From a bacterium (GTDB lineage: Bacteria > Zhuqueibacterota > Zhuqueibacteria > Oceanimicrobiales > Oceanimicrobiaceae), in contig JBHIAC010000019.1 of assembly GCA_046758365.1 (NCBI GenBank), forward strand, positions 1-35,692: a stretch of DNA of 35,692 bases, given 5' to 3'. The notes beneath the pieces are model-generated. The model was not told the DNA's origin. It searched no databases and worked only from the letters and a program-made list of their open reading frames with translations. The translations under genes were made by a program, and so were the position numbers. Below are positions 1-8,081 of this stretch, one piece after another. Numbering within the stretch: position 1 is the first letter of the stretch; every line of letters begins with the position of its first letter.

Positions 1-64
1 ATTAAAAACAAAAATTTTTGCAAAAAAAACAAAGGTCTGATTGGTAATACTATAACGCTTCGCT

Positions 65-145
65 GTCATTAATAGTCATTAGTTAGGTTTGAAGTTAGGG
101 TTCAATGACGCCGAAGGCAAATGACACAATGACTGAATGACTATT
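65..145. repeat. Mirrored short-period repeat element (GTCATT x2 ... AATGAC x4)
   Basis: GTCATT at 65 and 75; AATGAC at 104, 120, 128 and 136. AATAGTCATT (71-80) is the exact reverse complement of AATGACTATT (136-145). Confidence 0.65.
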
Positions 146-226
146 TTGATGATTGCGAATATAATAGTTGTGAATGTTATGCTCTAATTTGACAATGTCG
201 AATAATTGACTTAGTTTAATTTAACA

Positions 227-1201
227 TTAAAGTGCGACTTCGGATGCAACGAGCGCTTCTTTATCTTTCAGTTGTTTCAAAACATATCCTGCTATTTCTT
301 GCGGGGCTTGCAGCGAAATGAAATGGTCTGTGGAGGGCAAGATTAACATACGCTCTTCTTTGAAGTTGGAATTTCCTCTCACATTTTTTATAATTGATTT
401 CTCCACCTTTTTGAAGCTTATCAATTTGTCCTTTTTTGAAAAAATAAAATACATTTTCTTAAAAGCATTTTCAGAGAGATTTTCCAAAGAAAAACCAAGT
501 TTAGAAATAGAATTCAAATTTGCTGTGGCTACCTGCTTTTTTGGGGCATAATCGGTCAACATGTGTTTCATAAAGCATTTGGCCTCTGGGTCTTTAATGA
601 CGTGGGTGAACAGGAGATTCACAAAGGGTTGAAGTAAATGACGCGGACCAGCAAAATTTGCCAAAGAAGCGAATGGCTTAATTAATATTGACAATAAAGA
701 AAAATTAGAACCAAAACCTGGATTCTCGAAAAAAATCCCTTGAACTTCTGGGTGTCCAAAGACGATCTTTGAGCTGGCTAAATAAACAGCAGCGCCACCC
801 ATCGAGTGTCCCCAAACGGCCACCAATTTTTTAATCAGCCGCAAGCGCTCTAATTCCTGAAGCGCTTCCTGAATTTGTCGAGCATAGGCTTCAACCGTGT
901 ACGAGTCAGGTTCGTTAGGGAGAGAACCACAGTATCCAAATAAATTTATTGCTATGCAATCATAACCGGCTTTTGTTAAGGGTTCGGCAACTTTTTGAAA
1001 ATAAAGATGGTGTTCACAAAAACCGTGCACCAAAGCGATGCCCCCTTTACTTTTCTGAATTTTTGAACGGTAATGGTAAATGGTTGTTCGACCCATTTTG
1101 GTCTCTATGTCTGCCGTAGGATTAGGGAGTTCCATTCGCGGTTTACTGAAAAATAAAAATCCCATAATTAACACTAAAACAATGACGAGAAATATAAGCA
1201 T
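227..1201 (-). CDS. Alpha/beta-fold hydrolase with N-terminal membrane anchor
   Basis: VHGF oxyanion motif, GHSMGG nucleophile elbow, candidate Asp (KKDKLI) and His (TDHF); hydrophobic N-terminus; AGGAG upstream. Confidence 0.9.
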   Translation of the reverse strand: MLIFLVIVLVLIMGFLFFSKPRMELPNPTADIETKMGRTTIYHYRSKIQKSKGGIALVHGFCEHHLYFQKVAEPLTKAGYDCIAINLFGYCGSLPNEPDSYTVEAYARQIQEALQELERLRLIKKLVAVWGHSMGGAAVYLASSKIVFGHPEVQGIFFENPGFGSNFSLLSILIKPFASLANFAGPRHLLQPFVNLLFTHVIKDPEAKCFMKHMLTDYAPKKQVATANLNSISKLGFSLENLSENAFKKMYFIFSKKDKLISFKKVEKSIIKNVRGNSNFKEERMLILPSTDHFISLQAPQEIAGYVLKQLKDKEALVASEVAL

Positions 1202-1431
1202 ATTCCTCTGCTCCTTATAGGATATATCAATGAATGAAAAATGAAAATTTCAAAATGCAAATTGCAAAATTTATTAACAATATTCAACTATTTGTTATTA
1301 AGTTACGTTATGCATAAATCATACAGTAATCATTTTAGCGTTTCTACCCCCGTAATCATGATAATTTTTACTATCGAATCTTGCATATTGTTTTTCTAAT
1401 TTTGCATTTTACACTTTGCACTTCGTAATTT

Positions 1432-2496
1432 TTATGGAAACTTCACTTCCAATCCAAACCTTGGTCTTATCCGAACGTCTAGTTTGAAGGGATCTTCATT
1501 TAATTTGATGTCCTGACCTACGATAAATCCAGATTTGAGTTTATTGGCAAACTCGGCACTTACCCCACCAAAAAAATGAACTTCGACTGGAATACCAGTT
1601 GGAAAACCAAAGCCTAAGCCTATCAATGGTTCAATATCATCATCAAGTCGAAGACCAGCTAGAAGATGAAATGAACTGGCTATGGTGGGTGCTTTAGTGT
1701 CCACGGCTTTAAAATGGTAATTTATAACACCAAATGCTGCTAAATCTCCGTGAGGTTTGGGTCGCACAACAATTTTGCCGTTATCAATGATAATATCTAC
1801 ATCATTGATAGTAGTAATGGCGGTGGCAATTCCAAAGCTCCAATGCTCTTTTGCCGTGTTGTCAAAAATGGCCGTGGCCAAAAATTCTTCAGTTTCTAAA
1901 CTTTTTTTAACAATGATTGAAATATCTGAGTTCTTCTGAAATTTAGGTAGAATTTCAAATTTTCTCACATCAATCCAAACCGTTTGAGGTCCGCCTAAAG
2001 CAACAAATGGAATAGGAATCTGTGGAAAGAGTGATAGAAAATCAAATAAATTTTCTTCAAAAGGTGAGGGTTTTGCCGTGAGAACGGTTGAAAGAAATGA
2101 TTCAGCTTTTTCTCTTTTAGAAATAAAGACATAGTATAATGTATCTGAAGTTAAGCCGTAAAGCCGCATATCAAAAAATGACGAGCCTTCATGAAGTAAC
2201 CCAATAGGACTCATTTTATCTGTAAAATTTGCTACCACGATATAGTAATTCTGTTCATTCAATTTGAAATCGGACAAACTTAGTAGTTTTCGTAAGCTGT
2301 CCGCAGCCCATTCCACTTCTCCTTCATAAAACCACCGGTACGCTTTACCGAAAAGGTCTTCTGTGTCGTTAACCTGAAAAGGAGTGCCAGGAACAGGTTT
2401 TGGAATTGTAATGATTTTATCTTGAGCAAATAGGGCGAAAACGGTTGTAAAAGAATGAATAATTACTAAACCTAAACTAAAGATAAAAGCCTTCAT
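1432..2496 (-). CDS. Secreted hypothetical protein, possibly with C-terminal outer-membrane beta-strands
   Basis: 354-aa ORF with signal peptide (..ALFA/QD), AAGGAGGAG RBS and amphipathic strands at the C-terminus (RFGLEVKFP). No family recognised. Confidence 0.7.
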   Translation of the reverse strand: MKAFIFSLGLVIIHSFTTVFALFAQDKIITIPKPVPGTPFQVNDTEDLFGKAYRWFYEGEVEWAADSLRKLLSLSDFKLNEQNYYIVVANFTDKMSPIGLLHEGSSFFDMRLYGLTSDTLYYVFISKREKAESFLSTVLTAKPSPFEENLFDFLSLFPQIPIPFVALGGPQTVWIDVRKFEILPKFQKNSDISIIVKKSLETEEFLATAIFDNTAKEHWSFGIATAITTINDVDIIIDNGKIVVRPKPHGDLAAFGVINYHFKAVDTKAPTIASSFHLLAGLRLDDDIEPLIGLGFGFPTGIPVEVHFFGGVSAEFANKLKSGFIVGQDIKLNEDPFKLDVRIRPRFGLEVKFP

Positions 2497-2604
2497 TTTC
2501 TCCTCCTTGAATTTATGGTATGAATTTAGAAAATTAAGTCTAAAAACTTAGCAAATAGTACTGTTTCTCATTTAAAAAAGCAAGGGAAATGTTTTAACGA
2601 ATGC

Positions 2605-2633
2605 TTGACTTAATGAAAAAATAAAATTAAATT
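2605..2633 (+). promoter_or_regulatory. Putative sigma70 promoter for the metallophosphoesterase
   Basis: TTGACT-17 nt-TAAATT upstream of the ATG at 2700. The AT-rich context lowers specificity. Confidence 0.35.
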
Positions 2634-2699
2634 TTTATAAGTTAAAGTCCAGGTATTAACAAAGAGAAATAATCAATCAAATATCAAATAGAAAAAAAT

Positions 2700-3947
2700 A
2701 TGGCAAAAAAAATAAAAATTCTGATTTTATCTATTATGCTGCTGCAGGCTTGTAGTGACACAAAACCTTTTATTAGAAAAATTTTGCAAGGAGATCCAAA
2801 CCAGCGTCCCAATAATCCTGAAGTAATAACATTTTATGCTTTGGGAGATTGGGGTACAGGAAACAAACATCAAGAAGCGGTAGCAGAAGCGCTAAGGGAA
2901 AATGTGTCTAAAATTCCGAAGGGTCGAAAAATTTCTCCGCTCGTTCTCGGTTTGGGAGACAATATTTACAGCAAAGGGCTTCCCGAGGGATGGAACAATC
3001 CCAAGGTCCACCAACTTCTTGAAAAAACATTCGGACAAATTTATAAAGATGTTCAATATGAAGGGAGAGAACTTGTGTACTACATGATTCCTGGAAATCA
3101 CGATCATGGAGGAAAGCCAGGAGGGAAAAATGGCTGGGGTGACGTAATCCAACAGGAAACCATGGCTGAAAAACTTTACGAGCCTTATTGGAGATACTAT
3201 CCGATCGACCCTGCGAAAAATGCTGACACGAATGATTCAACAGATTACCATACTTTAAAAGAGCAGGACATTTTCAGCTTGACACTTCCAGAACAAATAA
3301 ACATAAACGAATCGAAAACAATTGCTATTGTGGCTATTGACACACAAGTTTTATTGAAATTGTACAGCCAAAAAGATTTTAAGATGGTGCGAAGACATTG
3401 GGAGCGATTGGAATCTCTATTGGAGGAAGAAGTCGATTTGAAAATCGTCATCGGGCATCACCCTCTGAAAAGCCATGGACGACACGGGGGTTTCCGACCC
3501 TTAGTAGAGTGGACTTGGTCCGGTACTACTGGATTTATAAAACCCTGGTGGATTCGTCCGCTGACCTTTATCTGGCTACCCTTTTTATCTACGAGCATAG
3601 ATAAATTATTCCTAAAACTTAATCAGGATTTGGACAACTCTGCGTATAAACATTTCCAGCATGATTTAATTCAACTTATGAACTTGTACAATGTAAAAAT
3701 ATATCTCTCAGGTCACGAGCACAGTTTGCAATTTCTAATGATTGATAATAATCATTTTCAAATTATATCCGGGAGTGCGGGTAAGTTATCTCCTGTTACT
3801 CACAAGAATGACACACTATTTTCTCATACCTCGCCAGGTTTTGTTCGGTTCGATATTACAACTAATGAGATATGGGTAGAATTTTTTCAAGTAGATATAA
3901 AAAGCTCCAGCTACCAGTCATCCGCTCTATTTAAGATTAACAATTAA
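2700..3947 (+). CDS. Metallophosphoesterase (calcineurin-like / purple acid phosphatase type) lipoprotein
   Basis: Motifs GDWG, GDNIY, GNHD, GHHP and GHEH in canonical order; lipobox LQAC. Confidence 0.92.
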   Translation: MAKKIKILILSIMLLQACSDTKPFIRKILQGDPNQRPNNPEVITFYALGDWGTGNKHQEAVAEALRENVSKIPKGRKISPLVLGLGDNIYSKGLPEGWNNPKVHQLLEKTFGQIYKDVQYEGRELVYYMIPGNHDHGGKPGGKNGWGDVIQQETMAEKLYEPYWRYYPIDPAKNADTNDSTDYHTLKEQDIFSLTLPEQININESKTIAIVAIDTQVLLKLYSQKDFKMVRRHWERLESLLEEEVDLKIVIGHHPLKSHGRHGGFRPLVEWTWSGTTGFIKPWWIRPLTFIWLPFLSTSIDKLFLKLNQDLDNSAYKHFQHDLIQLMNLYNVKIYLSGHEHSLQFLMIDNNHFQIISGSAGKLSPVTHKNDTLFSHTSPGFVRFDITTNEIWVEFFQVDIKSSSYQSSALFKINN

Positions 3948-4023
3948 GGAGTAAGTTAATTTCTCCGATTTCTAATCTATTGTAAGGCTTACCGTAAATT
4001 AAAATCAATTACCGATATATTTC

Positions 4024-4052
4024 TTGACATTTAATTTACAATTTTGTATTAT
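4024..4052 (+). promoter_or_regulatory. Near-consensus sigma70 promoter for the sigma/CHAT locus
   Basis: TTGACA (4024-4029), 17-nt spacer, TATTAT (4047-4052). Confidence 0.65.
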
Positions 4053-4064
4053 CTTTTCCAACAC

Positions 4065-4131
4065 CTGTGGGAAGGCGATGTGATATATTTCGTTAAATTG
4101 TCCTCAAAGACAATATAATTTTTTCCCACAG
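4065..4131 (+). promoter_or_regulatory. Structured leader (stem-loop) just downstream of the predicted transcription start
   Basis: CTGTGGGAA (4065-4073) pairs perfectly with TTCCCACAG (4123-4131) and encloses the hairpin ATTGTC-ctcaaa-GACAAT (4097-4114). Confidence 0.45.
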
Positions 4132-4273
4132 TAACTTAAAATTTCTGGATAGAAATAGCACCCAAGCCTTTGATTTTTTTCTATTGAATAGTCTTCTTTC
4201 AATTTAATTTATTTTGACGATTATGAAATCAATTTGTTTAAACGTAAACTTCTTTTACCCTGGTATTTTCCTT

Positions 4274-4897
4274 ATGAACGCTTCAGATATTAGAGTGATT
4301 GAATTCAAGCAATTATTGGATATTTGTGTAAATCCGCGTCATAACTTTTTCCAGAATGCCTGGAATGAATTTGAGAGCCGTTATCGAACAATCATTTTAG
4401 GCAGAATCCGAAAGTATTTGAATAAATGGAGTAAATCCAACAACGTAGATATCGTTCATGAAATATCGAGCAGCGTAACCATGCGATTAATAAAGAACGA
4501 TTTTAAAGCTTTAAAGCAATTTCGTGAAAGGGAACACGAAGGTAAATTCATCAATTTTTTAAATGTGATTTGTAGACATACGGCCCACTCATACATGATG
4601 GAAATTATTAAGAAAGATGAATTTTATAAGGAAGTAGAAGGCTATGCTTCTCATCGCTTCTTATTTGACCATCCAGATATTGCCGAAGATATTTATGACT
4701 TTTTAGTAAACAGTTTGAGGCGTATTCTTTCTAAGACACACAAAAGCCCTTACCATCAAGAAAGGGATATATTGATTTATCTTTTGCGTATTATTGCTGG
4801 CTTTAAAGCAAAAGAGGTAGCACAAATACCCTTGTTGAATATTACCCAAGGGAATGTTGATAATATCATGAATAGACTATTATCTTTTTTAAAATAA
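4274..4897 (+). CDS. Divergent ECF-type RNA polymerase sigma factor (sigma-70 family)
   Basis: Region 2-like AWNEFESRY...ALKQFR...KFINFLNVICRHTAHSYM; region 4 HTH-like ERDILIYLLR..GFKAKEVAQ..NITQGNVDNIMNRL. The ORF opens at TTG 4214, but ATG 4274 fits typical ECF length best. Confidence 0.75.
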   Translation: MNASDIRVIEFKQLLDICVNPRHNFFQNAWNEFESRYRTIILGRIRKYLNKWSKSNNVDIVHEISSSVTMRLIKNDFKALKQFREREHEGKFINFLNVICRHTAHSYMMEIIKKDEFYKEVEGYASHRFLFDHPDIAEDIYDFLVNSLRRILSKTHKSPYHQERDILIYLLRIIAGFKAKEVAQIPLLNITQGNVDNIMNRLLSFLK

Positions 4898-5049
4898 TAA
4901 AAAAAGTGAGAGATTTATAGATATTTTTTACTCTATTATAATAAAAGGTTGCGAAAAATATAAATGACGTAAATGCAAAGCACCAACGTCATAAATTAAT
5001 CTCACAGTAATTTTATTTATGTGAAAAATTCAAATTATAACCAGAGGAT

Positions 5050-5436
5050 TTGAAGAATAACAATAAATCAAAACATTTATCGCTTGGGGTATTAGCGGCT
5101 CTCACTGTTTCTGAATCAGTGCTAAATAAAAATCCAGATACTAAGTTACATCTGGATATTTGCGAGTCGTGCAACAAAAAATATTTGGAGTATCTTGATA
5201 TTTTAAAAAATTCCTCAAAGTCATACGCCTGGGAATGCATCGAGGTACTTACTAATTGCAAATGCTCGGAATCGCACATTGAATTAGAAAAAAATCCATA
5301 TTTCTTCATTGCCCTTTTAACTAGTAATATCCATAAAGAAAGCGCCAGTCGATTGTTCAGCCACATAAATAGTTGTTATCCTTGTCTAGAGTCATTTGCT
5401 GTTAATTGGAATGATTTTCTATTAATAAACACTTAA
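5050..5436 (+). CDS. Small soluble protein with two HxxxCxxC (zf-HC2/ZAS anti-sigma-like) motifs
   Basis: HLDICESC (5149-5172) and HINSCYPC (5362-5385); directly follows the sigma gene; TTG start. Confidence 0.7.
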   Translation: MKNNNKSKHLSLGVLAALTVSESVLNKNPDTKLHLDICESCNKKYLEYLDILKNSSKSYAWECIEVLTNCKCSESHIELEKNPYFFIALLTSNIHKESASRLFSHINSCYPCLESFAVNWNDFLLINT

Positions 5437-5440
5437 ATTA

Positions 5441-6613
5441 ATGGAGGCTGTAAAATTTATGGACACTAAGACAGAAAATTTGGCAAGGAACCATATTTCT
5501 CATCGCGTACTGCAATCTGTAATTAATAAAAATGACTCAGCTCTATTAAAATCATCAGAAATCATTGAACATTTAAACCAATGCCAGAAATGCAGCGAAC
5601 TGATTGAAATCATAAAAGATGTCAAAGCCTTTGCAGGCCGGACCAAACCCGATGCCGATCTGAATCATCCCCCCAGAATAGATTTAGCCGAAACCATTAC
5701 CAGAGCTTATGAGCAATCACTATCGCCTAAAGAGGCGGCGAATTTTCTGAGCCATTTAGAAACCTGTTCTCAATGTTTTAATTATGTCGGGCTAGTTCTT
5801 GAAGATTCTTTTAGTCCATTGCCAGAAAATATAGAAACAGAATTAGAGGTTTACTCAAATATTTCCATCGCTGAAAAGGCTTTGGAATTAATACCTTCCC
5901 AACCATCTAAAACAACTATAAAACTGAATATCATTTGGGAGAAAATGAAAAGTATCTTTAGCGGAGTCTTTGAAATTATCAAGCAAAAACCTGCACCGAG
6001 ACTTGCATTTGTGGTAATACTGATAATTGGTATTGCGATTGGTCAAGGTCAATTTAGGGAATGGCGAGCGATGGTACACACAAAAGCCGGTATGGAGCAT
6101 TTGCAGAATACCTGGAAAATAACGGATGATGATCTGCGACCCCCTGGTAATTTTCCTCGTAGTATTTTTTCTATCACTCATAGCCCTGAGTCTACGGAAG
6201 GAACTGCCCCATCAGTTTCGGAATTTGAAACAGCCTTAAGATGGGATGAAAATAACAAAGAAGCCAAGCGTGGATTGGCGATCTATTGGTGCTTTACTGG
6301 GAATTTGGCTGGCGCGGACAGCCTGCTGAGAACAATTTTAGTTCTAGATAAATTAGATTTTGAAGCATGGAATCTCCTTGGTTTGGTAGCTGCACGGCAG
6401 GAAAATAGTACAAGAGCTCTCAATGCATTTGAAAAAGCTTTGCAAATTCGACCAGATTATGCAGAGGCCGCCTATAATCGGGCAATGGTTTTACAGCAGC
6501 TTGGACACCTCGAAAAAGCGAAAAAAGCATGGCAGGAGTATCTCAAAATTGAAAGCCAATCTGAATGGTCTGAAGTGGCCAAAAAGAGACTTTCATCTTT
6601 TAATTCTCCATAA
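5441..6613 (+). CDS. Anti-sigma-like protein: two zf-HC2 motifs + TM helix + TPR domain
   Basis: HLNQCQKC (5570-5593), HLETCSQC (5753-5776), TM LAFVVILIIGIAIG, C-terminal TPRs (AWNLLGLV..ALNAFEKALQIRPDYAEAAYNRA..). Alternative start at ATG 5459, after GGAGG. Confidence 0.85.
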   Translation: MEAVKFMDTKTENLARNHISHRVLQSVINKNDSALLKSSEIIEHLNQCQKCSELIEIIKDVKAFAGRTKPDADLNHPPRIDLAETITRAYEQSLSPKEAANFLSHLETCSQCFNYVGLVLEDSFSPLPENIETELEVYSNISIAEKALELIPSQPSKTTIKLNIIWEKMKSIFSGVFEIIKQKPAPRLAFVVILIIGIAIGQGQFREWRAMVHTKAGMEHLQNTWKITDDDLRPPGNFPRSIFSITHSPESTEGTAPSVSEFETALRWDENNKEAKRGLAIYWCFTGNLAGADSLLRTILVLDKLDFEAWNLLGLVAARQENSTRALNAFEKALQIRPDYAEAAYNRAMVLQQLGHLEKAKKAWQEYLKIESQSEWSEVAKKRLSSFNSP

Positions 6614-6642
6614 AATCCTAACTATTTTGGAGGGAGAGCGCT

Positions 6643-8058
6643 ATGCCTAACGTTATATATAAATTAATAGATATTGAGAAACTTAAACTATCAGATAAAA
6701 AAAATGGTTCAAAAAAGGATTCATCAGTAGCCACAACAACCATTTCCTCATTTATAACCACTTTCAGGCCTTCTAATCTATCCGTGTTAGACTTCGGTAT
6801 TGCATGTGGAATTATCTGGGCGATATTGGTTTCAATATTTACACTCATGGCTTTTAATGGAAGAGCCCTCCTATTTGTCAACTACTTTGAAACCATTTAC
6901 CCTGGTTACAACATTTCTAATTTTCCTACTGCTATTGAGATTCTCTTAAATATAGGAATTGGAATTCTCATGGGATTTGCGTGTGGATTTCTTTTTGGTG
7001 TATACGTTGCTTTGATTTACAATTATATGATTGGACCGGCTATTAATAGTGTAAAGGTTAAAGGCGAAATTCCCCATGGAAAACCAATGGTGTTAATTAA
7101 TAAGGAAAATAAGCAGCATCTACAAAGAATCAAAGAACCCTATACCGTTGCAGTACTTGCTAATCCATTTATCGAAAATTCATCTTCTGATTCATCAAAA
7201 TTTACTAAAGATCCCATTTTATCAGAGCCAGAGTTTTTTAAGGCTAAGGTTAATTTAATCATGACTAGTTTAGCCAATAATTACGTCCTACAACCGTTCC
7301 TGCACAAGATGCGTTTTATCGTTATCTTTGATCCGGCAATGGGAAATTTTACCCAAAAGCAAGAGCAAGAGGTGCGAGCCCTTTGCCGTGAATATCCCTA
7401 TGATATGGTTATTGAGCCAGTGCAAGCGAGGGTAGTGAATTATCTAAAGAGTAATTATAAGCTTGGTCGGGTAGATATAGTTTTTGCAGTAACAGCCTCC
7501 TCTACTCATATACGTTCCTCAGCGCGTTACACTGAAGACGATGATACAGGCGAGGCTGAAAGCTTTGTTTTTCGCACGGGCGTAGAGGCTCCCTCTTTAA
7601 CTGGATATTACAGGCCACGTGCCAAGATTCCTGGTATGATAGCCTATTCGGCATGGGATGACCGTTTAAAAACACCGATTCATGAGTTTGCTCATGCGAT
7701 GTCATCCACCAAGAATGGATTAATAGATGATGAGTATTATGATGATTTATTTTACGATACCACCAAAACCATTGTGATTAATAAACGTCATGCGACTGAA
7801 GAGATGGATATCAATAGAGACAAAATTATCCAACCGATTGAACTACCGCCGATTTTTGCTCAATACATTGAAAATTATAAAATTCGTGAATTTCCTACTG
7901 ATAAACTTCGCAGTGCATCCTATTTTTGGCGATCCTTTGTGCCAGCGCGTTCCAATGCTTATATCCCCTGCACAATGGATCGTTCTGACGAGTTTCATCA
8001 ATTTGACTTGTTGTTACACTATTTTATAACCCGACGACTTGCAGCTAAAGTCGGATAA
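6643..8058 (+). CDS. Holin-like two-TM membrane domain fused to an M64-like zinc metallopeptidase
   Basis: N-terminal two-TM module (6763-7032, ..IYPGY..GF.FG..ALIYN); HEFAH (7681-7695) followed by DEY (7729-7737) and a late CTM Met-turn-like motif, the pattern of peptidase M64 (HExxH..DEY). Confidence 0.7.
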   Translation: MPNVIYKLIDIEKLKLSDKKNGSKKDSSVATTTISSFITTFRPSNLSVLDFGIACGIIWAILVSIFTLMAFNGRALLFVNYFETIYPGYNISNFPTAIEILLNIGIGILMGFACGFLFGVYVALIYNYMIGPAINSVKVKGEIPHGKPMVLINKENKQHLQRIKEPYTVAVLANPFIENSSSDSSKFTKDPILSEPEFFKAKVNLIMTSLANNYVLQPFLHKMRFIVIFDPAMGNFTQKQEQEVRALCREYPYDMVIEPVQARVVNYLKSNYKLGRVDIVFAVTASSTHIRSSARYTEDDDTGEAESFVFRTGVEAPSLTGYYRPRAKIPGMIAYSAWDDRLKTPIHEFAHAMSSTKNGLIDDEYYDDLFYDTTKTIVINKRHATEEMDINRDKIIQPIELPPIFAQYIENYKIREFPTDKLRSASYFWRSFVPARSNAYIPCTMDRSDEFHQFDLLLHYFITRRLAAKVG

Positions 8059-8081
8059 TTGATCACTATGTGGAGGTTATA

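Noticed and set aside
5013..5366. 117-aa minus-strand ORF opposite the small ZAS gene
   Set aside because: The plus-strand ORF has two HxxxCxxC motifs and fits the operon direction; the antisense ORF has no features.
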